Source: a virus | Lineage: Duplodnaviria > Caudoviricetes | Reading direction: 5' to 3' (one strand) | Length of the DNA: 54,085 nucleotides | Virus record (IMG/VR): IMGVR_UViG_3300039037_000056 | Coordinates: 1 to 54,085 of that record | Shown here: piece after piece, positions 44,992-54,085 of the stretch | Layout of the letters: the number at the start of each line of letters is the position of its first letter | Position numbering within the stretch: the stretch's first letter is position 1 | Position numbers and translations under genes: made by a program | Notes under the pieces: model-generated | Told to the model about the DNA's origin: nothing | What the model saw: the letters and a program-made list of their open reading frames with translations, nothing else | Databases searched by the model: none

Positions 44992-46028
44992 GCTACACCT
45001 GTGGAACTCGTATCTCCTGTGAGATCTCCTGCATTTGTAATATCAACCACGATATTACCATTAGACCTACGAATAGCAGAACCATTAGCACCTGCTGTGC
45101 CAGCAGAACTACCATCACCGGGACTGCCGTTATTTCCACCTTGAGGACTTTCATCAGGGTCGCCGCCACGTCCTCCAGATCCACCAAAAGCTTCATCGGC
45201 ATTATTACCACCTGATCCACCTTCACCATTTTCTTCTAGTTGACCTGCACTACCAGGATTACCACTTGTAACCTCATCTTCATTACCACTTAATCTATTT
45301 CCTTTATCACCAGCATTGCCAGCAGGAAGACCAGCACCACCGCCACCGCCTCCACCACAGGCACTTCTATCAGCACCGCTGTCAACCTGACGAGCACCTG
45401 ATCCACCGCCACCGCCACCAAATCCACACCTTATTCTTCCACCACTCTGGATATTTACAGCAGTTTCTTCATGTTCAATACCTAACGCAGAGGTTCCATT
45501 TCCTCCACTACCTGCATTTTGACTACCAGCATCAGAAAAACTGTTTGAACCTTCTCCACCATCTCCACCAGCACCATATAATCTTCCACTGCTACCAACA
45601 TCAACACTCAAAACAACATCAGAATCCCATTGCCCTGTTCTTAAAGCAACATTGTTCTGACTACCTTTGGCGGAACCAATAGTTTTGTTTACATGAATAA
45701 GAATCTTTGAACCTGCTTCTTTCTTACCTCTAAAACCACCAATAACCGTTATATTATTTCCGTTATATCTATTCTTAGCATTAACCCTGCTTACTGTTCC
45801 ACCGGTATGAAAGTCAACAACAACATTCAATCTCTTGCCGTGGAAGTCACTGAATTTAATTTCGCCTGATGATGGAACACCACTATCAATACCGTTGAAT
45901 GATAATGAACCAACAGATTGTGTCAGTCTATAGCCACCCAATGACATTGAGTTACCGGTAGCGTTCCTACCAAACTCGTCAGAGATTTGATCAGCGGATA
46001 TTTGTTGCCCTGAAGCAGGTAATGCCAT
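44988..46028 (-). CDS. Glycine-rich tail fibre tip/adhesin-like protein, 346 aa
   Basis: N-terminal LPASG.IS..I..EFG...VPSSGEIKFSDF.GK fibre-docking motif and multiple poly-G loops. Confidence 0.7.
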   Translation of the reverse strand: MALPASGQQISADQISDEFGRNATGNSMSLGGYRLTQSVGSLSFNGIDSGVPSSGEIKFSDFHGKRLNVVVDFHTGGTVSRVNAKNRYNGNNITVIGGFRGKKEAGSKILIHVNKTIGSAKGSQNNVALRTGQWDSDVVLSVDVGSSGRLYGAGGDGGEGSNSFSDAGSQNAGSGGNGTSALGIEHEETAVNIQSGGRIRCGFGGGGGGSGARQVDSGADRSACGGGGGGGAGLPAGNAGDKGNRLSGNEDEVTSGNPGSAGQLEENGEGGSGGNNADEAFGGSGGRGGDPDESPQGGNNGSPGDGSSAGTAGANGSAIRRSNGNIVVDITNAGDLTGDTSSTGVA

Positions 46029-46029
46029 A

Positions 46030-47871
46030 TTAGCTAGAAGTTACGGTTTCCCATCCAGATCCTGTATAGACCTGTATTTTATTGAGTGTGGTGTTGTAGA
46101 TTACAGCACCAGCAGTCAAGTTATTTAAGTTACCTCTATTGGTAGTGGTGACCTTTGGAAGAATCATAAACCTATCAGAGGAATATGATTCACCATCATC
46201 ATTAGCGGTTGCAGAACCCAAGTCAAGAGCACATGTTGGATTAGTTGTACCCGAACCAATACATCCTTTTTGAGTAACAACAACCCTTGCGGAACCACCC
46301 TGACTATGTGTTGGTGGGTTGATAGCAAACCTCAAGGCATTACTATCAGTTCTGTCTACACCTTGATCATCAGTAGATGAGAAAACAGCAGAAGCGTTAT
46401 TAGTTTGCTTTATGTTGAAAAATGTAGAGACCCCCGTAGTTACATGAGTGTTAACAAAAGATCTACCATTAGAACCATCACCACTACCATTATCAAATAC
46501 GGTGTTAGATCCATTGGGTGCGAGTATATCACCCTTAAAACTACCTGCCGTTAAGGCACCAGTGAGTGTAACTGCACCAGTTATACTCAAATCTCCAGTA
46601 ATAAAAGTGTTACCAGAGAAAGTTGATACACCAGATACACTTAACCTTTGAGTAGGTGCTGTGACACCCAGACCCAGATTACCAGTGTAAGATAAGGACA
46701 TCAAAGGACTTGTGCCCTTGAACCAGTGGAAACCACCAGTGTTGATACCTGTTCCACTGCCACCATGCAGAATGTAGTTCAGGTTTCCTAAATCATGATT
46801 GACAAGATCTAATGATCTGCTGTCACTGTAACTTAATGCACTGTCTCCACCAAAGCGAAGAGCACCTGATGTGGTCGTTGTTGGTGCGCCGCGGCCAAGT
46901 GTAAGTAAAGACGTGCTTCCAGTATTTCTAATATGTACGGAAGAAATACCAGATGCTGTTCTGATTTCCAAGTTAGCATCAGGACTTGCAGAACCAAATG
47001 CTGACTTATTTGTATCTAATACAGTGAATACTGTGCCACCTGTGCCGACATTTAATTCAGTCTTCGCAGTTACAATACCAGCAGTTGGGAGGTTTATAGA
47101 ACTTGCTGTAATTTCTGTAGCAGTAATGGTTCCAACTGTGATGTTAGGAGAACCGATTAAACCTCTGGCAGTTGTGGCAATACCAACAACATCACCAGTT
47201 ACAGTTCCAGTTACATTACCAACAAATGTTGTTGCCGTAATGACACCAAGAGTTGCGGTGATGTTGCTACCAACTTTGAGGTCAGTGAATGTAGAAACAC
47301 CTGTAGAGTTTATGTTTCCTGTAACAGCACCGGTAAATTTATCTCCGACAAACTGGGTAGCAGTGACAACACCAGTTGCTTTAATATGACCCAGAGAACT
47401 GATGCCAACACCACCAGGAAGTGTGCCGGAAAGTAACGGATTACCACCAACCTGAAGGTTCATTCTTGGATCGTTGGTAGATATACCAACATATCCTTTG
47501 TTGTAGATACTTGTAAATCCTAGACCAACATCAATATCTGTCCACTGTGATGTTGGAATGTTTGATAGTTTAGAACCATCACCATAATAAGTAACAACAC
47601 CAGATACAGCAGTGGCGATACCTGCCGCATTTACGTTCAGATTTCCTACAGAACCAGAAGTAATTGTAGTAACACCCGTTACTTCTAAGTTCTTGATGAT
47701 GCCACTAGAAGCAGTGACAAGACCAACAACTCTTGCTGTTCCTCTAACATCCAAAGACTCGGTTGGAACGGTCGTGCCAATACCAACCAAGCCATTAGCG
47801 TTTACAACTAAGTTATCATCATCAACTTGAACACCATTACGAAAATTAAACGATTTTCTATAATTCGCCAT
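46030..47871 (-). CDS. Tail fibre protein, 613 aa
   Basis: VGIGTTVP, GVVTAT.F.G and GDGS.L repeats. C-terminal GAVIYNTTLNKIQVYTGSGW. Confidence 0.8.
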   Translation of the reverse strand: MANYRKSFNFRNGVQVDDDNLVVNANGLVGIGTTVPTESLDVRGTARVVGLVTASSGIIKNLEVTGVTTITSGSVGNLNVNAAGIATAVSGVVTYYGDGSKLSNIPTSQWTDIDVGLGFTSIYNKGYVGISTNDPRMNLQVGGNPLLSGTLPGGVGISSLGHIKATGVVTATQFVGDKFTGAVTGNINSTGVSTFTDLKVGSNITATLGVITATTFVGNVTGTVTGDVVGIATTARGLIGSPNITVGTITATEITASSINLPTAGIVTAKTELNVGTGGTVFTVLDTNKSAFGSASPDANLEIRTASGISSVHIRNTGSTSLLTLGRGAPTTTTSGALRFGGDSALSYSDSRSLDLVNHDLGNLNYILHGGSGTGINTGGFHWFKGTSPLMSLSYTGNLGLGVTAPTQRLSVSGVSTFSGNTFITGDLSITGAVTLTGALTAGSFKGDILAPNGSNTVFDNGSGDGSNGRSFVNTHVTTGVSTFFNIKQTNNASAVFSSTDDQGVDRTDSNALRFAINPPTHSQGGSARVVVTQKGCIGSGTTNPTCALDLGSATANDDGESYSSDRFMILPKVTTTNRGNLNNLTAGAVIYNTTLNKIQVYTGSGWETVTSS

Positions 47872-47889
47872 CTCTGGATGCTTTTCTAG

Positions 47890-50800
47890 TTATTTATGGT
47901 GCTCATCAACTTTCGCATTAAGTTGTTTGATTGCCTCAATGAGCAGAGGCACAAGTTTTTCATAACGAACTGCCATGTATCCATCCTCTCTAGTTGTATA
48001 GAGACCTGGTAAATCAAGACCTGCAACTTCCTGAGCGATAACACCGATGTCAAGTCCTTCTTTATCGGACTTATCATTCCATTCAAATGTGTTACCACTA
48101 AGACTCAATACCTTAGCGATAGCATCTTCAATAGGTTCAACATTATCCTTCAGTCTTTGATCGGAAGAGGAGAAGGCGATAAGATCACCTGTGAATGTAC
48201 CAGCACCAGTGACGGAAATAGGACCAGCAAATGTGTGAGTACCAGTTCCATTAACATCAAGATTATCATTGACAACTAATGTGCCACCAGCAGAGTCAAG
48301 AGTAAGATTACCAGTTGTGGTATCAATCGTGTTGTCTGTAGTATCAGCGATTTGGATATTGCCGAAGGTAGCACCAGTCGCTACAACTGTTCCAGTTACA
48401 TTAACACCAGTGGTGTTTGCCTGGATTCTTGTGGTTCCGTTAGCATCTACAAGTGATGTTTGGTCAATACCTGTCAGATTTGAACCATCACCAAAGAAAC
48501 TGGTGGCAGTGACATTACCGCCGACATGGAGGTTCTTGTCAATTCCAACACCACCATCTACAGTCAGAGCACCAGTTCCAACACTGGTAGACTGTGTAGT
48601 GTCAGTGATGTTGAAGACACCTCTAACTTTAACAGAAGCATCAACATCAATATCTTCATTGAACTTTGCCTCACCGTTGAAGGTAACAGGACCATCAAAC
48701 TGAGAAAGAACAGTACCAGAGTTACCACCCTCAACAATCAGTCTCTCTTTGACGATAACTTCATCAAAGACTACACTGTTGACGCTAGTATCTTCACCAG
48801 TTACAGTTGGGATAGGAATATCAAAGGTCTTCTCTTTACCGGTGGCAGAGTTAATCTTCTTGTTACCGATGTAGAAGTCACCATCGTTGTTCATACCAGT
48901 GTAAACAACGATACCACAATTCTTCTCTTGTGCTTGTGCCAGAGTCTCCTCTTCTTCGTTCAGAGATCTGACCTGAACTTGAGGAAGTGCGGTAGAATAG
49001 TTACCTGGACCATAACCAAGGTATTCAAATGTATGACCAGATGCTCTCAAATATGTTGGTCTGTGGAACTCAATCGCCTTGAGTTCAACTTTCTTGATGA
49101 GTGCTCCACCAGAATGATTCTCCTTAACTGTACCCATGGCACCACGGATAACAGTCATTTCATTACCACCAGAGCCACTTAAGACATTGCTGGTGACTCG
49201 CATAATCTCATTGTCAACCTGGAAGTAAGAACCAAGTTCAAATCTAGCAGCGGTGGCAACACCAACATTTGTCGTCTTGACGTGAATGGTGGTCTCATTA
49301 CTAATGTTGGACTGGAGAATAGCAGTCTCATTACCGAAGAACGACAGACCTCTAGAACCAAGGTTTTCACCATTCTTATCAGATGTCAGATCATTAGCAG
49401 AAAGTCCATGCTTCAGCAGGAACTTAGGTCCGTGGATTGTAACACCGACACCAACATTTGCTGTGACTGTAGTTGTGGTGACACCAGTTACATCATAGTG
49501 ACCAAGGTTAGCATCACTACTGTTCTTAATTGTCAGTCTGTTACCAACTACGAAACCATGTGGTTCAGTTGTTGTGAATGTAGTTATACCAGATGTGATT
49601 GTTGTGGTAGCAGTAGAAACTGTGATTTCAGGAGCGATATTGATAAGATACTGACCCTGAATTGGTCTTGCGTCAGAATTACTGATAGCAATCGCAACCT
49701 GGTTCTTAGCAGGAACACCAGTAATTCTGAAGTGTCCGCTGGTGTGAGTGCCAATACCAGTCAGTTGAATTGTATTACCAATAACAGTGGAGATTCCAGA
49801 GGTAGTAATAGTAACACCAGCACCAGTTCCACCACCAACTCTAGAAGTATCAAAGTCTAACTCTTCGTTGTTTGTGTATCCAGAACCACCAGAGGTAATA
49901 TCAACGTTGGATACTTTACCACCAGCAACAACAACTCTTGCCGTAGCACCATCCCATGTAGATGTGCCGTTGTTGAACAGTTTGACGTTATGATAGGTGC
50001 CATTAGTGTATCCAGAACCACCAGTCATGGCACTGAAAGTTACGATGCCGTTGAAGTTGTGGTTCTCATGGAATGTGAGTGTGGCAACACCAACTGTATT
50101 TGTTACGAAGGAAGTAGTAACACCAGAGATGGTAAGACCAATACCAAGTGTAGGAAGAAGACTGTCAATACTTTCTCTAGTAATACTCTTCTTCAAATCA
50201 CTTGTCGTAACATCACCAACTGGTGATCTTATAGCGAAGGACTGTGCAGACTCTGGATTGTCATCTACATTATCTTTATCCTGCTGTGGATAGAGATCAT
50301 CAACCTTCTGACTATAATAGTGAGAGGTATATTCTGTAGGAATGGCATTATTAGCGTTCAGAACATACAGATGGTAGATACCATCACTTACATTCTCAAC
50401 ATATGGTGTGATGACTTCGTTTCTGTAGATATAGAAGTTACCTTTCCAGTCAGTTCTCTCAAATCTAGGTAGAGCAATCGTTCTGGTGCTGGTATTGTTA
50501 GTGAAGCTTCCACCATTGTGGGTAATGCTATCAACGTCAGTTGTGGAGTGGGTGAATGTCTTTTCATTAGGAATAGAAAGGACAGTAAAGACACCGTTGT
50601 ATCCTTTGTTCTCTGTTCCAGCAGTGTTACCTGTGCTGGTAACATTCTTAATTGTAATCTTTTCACCAACTTTGATGTTGTGTGGGATCTCAGAGATGAC
50701 AGTTACAGTAGAACCTGAAGTAGAACAGGTGCTGATGAACCTTGGATTTCTGTTAAAGTCTGGATCAGAAGTTGTGATGCCAGTAGCAGTGAAATCAGAA

Positions 50801-53265
50801 TCAGATCTCAATGATGTGGTGCTGGATTCTTGGAGAACAAATCCTTCTTCTGGTTCCTTACAATTTGTGAGTTCCTTAGGAACAACAACTCTCAACTTAT
50901 ACAGTTTCTCGTCAAGACTTCTAGAATCTTCTTTTCTCTTGATGAAACTGGTTGTTGTTCTAGTTCCAAGAGTTCCGGTGCCTTGAGTATTAAAGGCATT
51001 GTAGATCGCATTGTCAGCAGAAGATTTAATAAACCAGTTGCCATTACCTGCATCAAACTGAATTGGAGAACCAATCTCACCGGCATTCTTTTCAGAAACT
51101 CTACTACGAACTCTTAAACTTGTGCCACCGTAGAGTGTGATTGCCTCATCATTCTCGGCATTTGTAAGAGATGCTGCAACCTTAATGGTGGTTGCACTTG
51201 CCTTGATAGCAAAATAAACCTTATGTGCTTCAATGTTCTCTGGAAGATCTCCAGTGTCACTATTGATGACAATCTTCTCACCAGTGATGAGTTTGTGAGA
51301 TCCAATAGTGAAGGTGCTGTTGTTTACTAACGTTACCTTATATTCTTTGACAGAACTGGTCTCGCCAAGGGCAGAAGTAATACCGGTGGTGCTGATCTCG
51401 TTATCAACCATGAGAACATCAGCAGTGTAGGTAGTTCCAGAACCTACAAAGGACAGTTTCTCGTTCAGTTTGGCACCAACACGATAACCTTGAATCTTGT
51501 GTGGAGGTTTGATATTCTTGTCATTGTATCCGAAGAGATACAGGTGACTGGAGATACCAACAGAAGTTGTCAGACCTACGTCAAGAGTTACCCAGTCAAT
51601 ATCCTCTTCTTTAGTTGTGACTGCTTTAGGAGTGATTACAGATGTAATGTATCCCTTATTATCCTTGTTAAACGCTGCTTTCTTAAATCCAACACCATTC
51701 AGAGAGATTTGTCCAAAGTTTGAGTTGGAGTTTGTGATACTGAAGTCAGCACCATTTCTACCATCAAAGTGATAGGCAAAACCAATAGCAAAGACAGATA
51801 CAACCTGAAGGAAGGAATCATTAGATGCCTTGATGTGAGAACTTTCCCATCCAATTCTGTACTGTGCCTCACTATCTAAGTGATAGACCTTAGTGGCATC
51901 AGTGGATGAAGAACCACTAGCGAGAGCGGCACCAGTCACCTTAGATACACTAATACCCTCGTAAACTCTAGAGGACTCATTATACTTAACGAACGCTCTA
52001 TCGTCCTTCTGAAGACCTACAGCAGTGAACTGAGCGACAACCATGGAGCGGAATCCAGTTGCCTTACTACCATCAGCGTGCATACCGTTCATGCCGAAGA
52101 CGGAACGCAGAGAGATGTTAAAAATGTATGGAGAAGCACCCTGGACTGTATCAGTCTCGATGGTGACAGTGGAACCAGAAGCACTAGGAGATGCAGTCAG
52201 GTTGTTTCTAACAAATGGGAGCAAGAACGTAAATGTTCTAGCATCAGTAACGTTCTGAACCGTAGTAGCGATATTATAATCTTCTACACTGACACCTTTA
52301 ATCTTGATGGGTGTTCCAGATGTCAGTTTATGGTCGGTGCTAGTTGTAACTGTGATGACACTGCTTGGTGTAGATCCATCACCAGAAATGACGCTGGAGA
52401 TATTGACAGGATCATCAGCAAACGCACCAACAATCTCAAATTCTGGACGCTTGGCAGCAAAACCAAGTGGGTCTGCTGGCCACTTCTGGTCAATGTTTCT
52501 ACCAGTCTCAGTGTTGTAAGCATTAGAGAGCTTACTATAATACATTGATAGGTCAGAAATAGTGTAACCAGTTGGAATGGTTACACCATCAGCGTATTCA
52601 AAAACAGTAAGTTTGTGGTGAGAGAATGTAGGTGTGGCAGTATTTGCAGAGGAGAAGTCTTGACTGTCAGTATAAACAGTTCCACTCTGATCACCGTCAA
52701 AGATAGAGAACTGCCAGAAGTAACAAGTACCAGTTACCCTGAATAAAGCCGTTCCAGATAAGTTAGTATCTGTTGGGTTTGGTACGTATTTTGGTCTAAG
52801 TTTGGTTTTTCTTAAGTCAAGACCAACAATAGAAGTACCACGAGGAACAATGACACCACCATTGATGCTATTGAACTTATAGAGGATATTATCTTCTTGG
52901 GTTAAATCAAATACAGAATCTGTAGTTAATGTAAGAGTTGTCTGTGCGTTTGATGTAGCACCAGATGGAGAAACAGCAGTCGCAGTTCCACTTACATCTT
53001 TGATAGCAAAACCGGGTCTATTATCAATAATGTGTTCTCCTGGATACAGAAGAATGGTTGTCTTCTCAATAATATCATTATCACTTCCCCTCAGATAGGA
53101 GAATCTCGCTGCCTCTAGCAGTGCTCTCTGGACAGTCTTGAATGGTTTCGTTAAAGAGTTTCCCTGATTCTCAATCGCGTCAGTAGCGTCAAGGTCACTT
53201 GGGTTTACATAAAGAATACGACCCTCAGTATTCTTTATAAAGTTTTCCAGCTTATTAAGAGGCAT
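47890..53265 (-). CDS. Long tail fibre-like structural protein with C-terminal peptidase S74 intramolecular chaperone, 1791 aa
   Basis: N-terminal GNSLTKPFKTVQRALLEAAR. C-terminal SSDQRLKDNV...GVIAQEV...VRYEKLVPLLIEAIKQL. Confidence 0.85.
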   Translation of the reverse strand: MPLNKLENFIKNTEGRILYVNPSDLDATDAIENQGNSLTKPFKTVQRALLEAARFSYLRGSDNDIIEKTTILLYPGEHIIDNRPGFAIKDVSGTATAVSPSGATSNAQTTLTLTTDSVFDLTQEDNILYKFNSINGGVIVPRGTSIVGLDLRKTKLRPKYVPNPTDTNLSGTALFRVTGTCYFWQFSIFDGDQSGTVYTDSQDFSSANTATPTFSHHKLTVFEYADGVTIPTGYTISDLSMYYSKLSNAYNTETGRNIDQKWPADPLGFAAKRPEFEIVGAFADDPVNISSVISGDGSTPSSVITVTTSTDHKLTSGTPIKIKGVSVEDYNIATTVQNVTDARTFTFLLPFVRNNLTASPSASGSTVTIETDTVQGASPYIFNISLRSVFGMNGMHADGSKATGFRSMVVAQFTAVGLQKDDRAFVKYNESSRVYEGISVSKVTGAALASGSSSTDATKVYHLDSEAQYRIGWESSHIKASNDSFLQVVSVFAIGFAYHFDGRNGADFSITNSNSNFGQISLNGVGFKKAAFNKDNKGYITSVITPKAVTTKEEDIDWVTLDVGLTTSVGISSHLYLFGYNDKNIKPPHKIQGYRVGAKLNEKLSFVGSGTTYTADVLMVDNEISTTGITSALGETSSVKEYKVTLVNNSTFTIGSHKLITGEKIVINSDTGDLPENIEAHKVYFAIKASATTIKVAASLTNAENDEAITLYGGTSLRVRSRVSEKNAGEIGSPIQFDAGNGNWFIKSSADNAIYNAFNTQGTGTLGTRTTTSFIKRKEDSRSLDEKLYKLRVVVPKELTNCKEPEEGFVLQESSTTSLRSDSDFTATGITTSDPDFNRNPRFISTCSTSGSTVTVISEIPHNIKVGEKITIKNVTSTGNTAGTENKGYNGVFTVLSIPNEKTFTHSTTDVDSITHNGGSFTNNTSTRTIALPRFERTDWKGNFYIYRNEVITPYVENVSDGIYHLYVLNANNAIPTEYTSHYYSQKVDDLYPQQDKDNVDDNPESAQSFAIRSPVGDVTTSDLKKSITRESIDSLLPTLGIGLTISGVTTSFVTNTVGVATLTFHENHNFNGIVTFSAMTGGSGYTNGTYHNVKLFNNGTSTWDGATARVVVAGGKVSNVDITSGGSGYTNNEELDFDTSRVGGGTGAGVTITTSGISTVIGNTIQLTGIGTHTSGHFRITGVPAKNQVAIAISNSDARPIQGQYLINIAPEITVSTATTTITSGITTFTTTEPHGFVVGNRLTIKNSSDANLGHYDVTGVTTTTVTANVGVGVTIHGPKFLLKHGLSANDLTSDKNGENLGSRGLSFFGNETAILQSNISNETTIHVKTTNVGVATAARFELGSYFQVDNEIMRVTSNVLSGSGGNEMTVIRGAMGTVKENHSGGALIKKVELKAIEFHRPTYLRASGHTFEYLGYGPGNYSTALPQVQVRSLNEEEETLAQAQEKNCGIVVYTGMNNDGDFYIGNKKINSATGKEKTFDIPIPTVTGEDTSVNSVVFDEVIVKERLIVEGGNSGTVLSQFDGPVTFNGEAKFNEDIDVDASVKVRGVFNITDTTQSTSVGTGALTVDGGVGIDKNLHVGGNVTATSFFGDGSNLTGIDQTSLVDANGTTRIQANTTGVNVTGTVVATGATFGNIQIADTTDNTIDTTTGNLTLDSAGGTLVVNDNLDVNGTGTHTFAGPISVTGAGTFTGDLIAFSSSDQRLKDNVEPIEDAIAKVLSLSGNTFEWNDKSDKEGLDIGVIAQEVAGLDLPGLYTTREDGYMAVRYEKLVPLLIEAIKQLNAKVDEHHK
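47891..47897 (-). promoter_or_regulatory. Late promoter (ATAAATA)
   Basis: About 20 nt upstream of ATG 47871. Confidence 0.7.
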
Positions 53266-53297
53266 CGGATTATGACGACCATTAGATTTCTATGTTC

Positions 53298-53304
53298 TAT
53301 TTAT
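53298..53304 (-). promoter_or_regulatory. Late promoter (ATAAATA)
   Basis: About 33 nt upstream of the tail fibre ATG. Confidence 0.7.
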
Positions 53305-53615
53305 CCCCTCAAATCTTCCTCGTCAAAATATGGAATCAGGTCATCTGGAAGTTCATCCTTGTTCTCAATGTCAATCATATCAAAGCATGGGTGACATTTT
53401 TCAAGTATCAAATACTGTGATCCTGTATAGACATCAGTTATATCGTAGTCTTTTTCTTTATCTGCTTGCTCTACTATATCTTTATCGTAGAGATATCCTG
53501 GTTCTAGTTCATCAAAAGTAAATGGAATATGGTTCAAGAAATACATCCTTACGATTGTTGTCGCATTATTGAACCAATTGTAAGACTGAGTTACCTTGTA
53601 GGTAAAAGAAGACAT
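53301..53615 (-). CDS. Conserved hypothetical protein, 104 aa
   Basis: IVRMYFLNHIPFTFDEL..YLILEKCHPCF. ATAAATA at 53634-53640. Confidence 0.7.
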   Translation of the reverse strand: MSSFTYKVTQSYNWFNNATTIVRMYFLNHIPFTFDELEPGYLYDKDIVEQADKEKDYDITDVYTGSQYLILEKCHPCFDMIDIENKDELPDDLIPYFDEEDLRG

Positions 53616-53645
53616 AAGCACCACGCTTTGTCTTATTTATTTTAG

Positions 53646-53730
53646 TGCGAGTAGGGAGACTTGAACTCCCACGACCGTGATGGTCAACAGATTTTAAGTC
53701 TGGTGTGTCTACCGATTTCACCATACTCGC
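53646..53730 (-). tRNA. trnL: tRNA-Leu (UAA)
   Basis: GCGAGTA acceptor stem, anticodon loop CT-TAA-AA, long variable arm, GTTCAAGTC T-loop. Confidence 0.93.
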
Positions 53731-53732
53731 AG

Positions 53733-53880
53733 GACATTACACTTATCCGAATGCTTGCTATGGGGCAATTAAACCCAACATTCTGACAGTTTGTAATGGA
53801 GTAAGACACAATTTCCGTTGTGAATATCCCAAGGGGGTTTATCCCATTGCTGGCACCTTGGTTGGAACGTCTCAAGTTCC
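53733..53880 (-). ncRNA. Candidate structured RNA between tRNA genes
   Basis: Stems GGAAC/GTTCC, CCAAGG/CCTTGG, CACAA/TTGTG, and CATTACA/TGTAATG enclosing GAATG/CATTC. Confidence 0.5.
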
Positions 53881-53883
53881 TAA

Positions 53884-53956
53884 TGCTTCCTGAGAGGATC
53901 GAACTCTCCTTAGGCAAATTATGAGTTTGCTGCATTCACCAGATTGCTAAGGAAGC
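53884..53956 (-). tRNA. tRNA with CAU anticodon (elongator Met or Ile2)
   Basis: GCTTCCT acceptor stem, GCAAA-CT-CAT-AA-TTTGC anticodon arm, GTTCGATCC T-loop. Confidence 0.9.
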
Positions 53957-53959
53957 AAA

Positions 53960-54031
53960 TAGGAATGCCGGGAATTGAACCCGATTCACTCCGTTATAAG
54001 CAGAGGGCTTTAACCAATAAGCAACATTCCC
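53960..54031 (-). tRNA. trnI: tRNA-Ile (UAU)
   Basis: GGGAATG acceptor stem, CTCTG-CT-TAT-AA-CGGAG anticodon arm, GTTCAATTC T-loop. Confidence 0.88.
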
Positions 54032-54085
54032 GAATACATCAATCAGCGTCGTTGTTGTCGGTTGTGTGTATTCGCAGAAACTCTG

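Noticed and set aside
46448-52548. Plus-strand ORFs up to 218 aa within the tail fibre genes
   Set aside because: Antisense shadows of Gly/Thr/Val-rich fibre coding sequence.
44988-53265. Diversity-generating retroelement or invertible system targeting tail fibres
   Set aside because: No reverse transcriptase or recombinase gene, and I saw no template/variable repeat pair or flanking inverted repeats by eye.
53684-53935. ORFs 53684..53935 (-) and 53705..53893 (+)
   Set aside because: They overlap clear tRNA genes and are spurious.

Overview
This window is part of a T4-like cyanomyophage genome (marine Synechococcus/Prochlorococcus myovirus type), and essentially all genes are on the minus strand. 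1-25250 is the baseplate/structural block: VrlC-like 2346 aa, gp8, a 3957-aa gp7, gp6, gp25 and conserved small genes, with ATAAATA late promoters. About 25300-38050 is a hypervariable early region of short ORFs, each fronted by one of two families of repeated promoter elements: a stem-loop/extended -10 cassette and a TGTGCCAGTT..AACTGGCACA palindrome. Embedded in it are several candidate structured ncRNAs, a very acidic candidate DNA-mimic protein, a restriction-modification-like pair bracketed by promoter repeats, and a late-expressed pair of putative capsid-packaged effectors (an ADP-ribosyltransferase-like protein with a T4 internal-protein capsid-targeting N-terminus, and a HicA-like polyprotein). 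38200-44970 holds CP12, glutaredoxin/thioredoxin-like genes, an SF2 helicase and two 2OG-Fe(II) oxygenases. 44990-53270 is a tail fibre cluster. The window ends in a tRNA cluster (Leu-UAA, CAU, Ile-UAU) containing a structured spacer RNA. All family assignments come from motif recognition by eye; no database searches were run.
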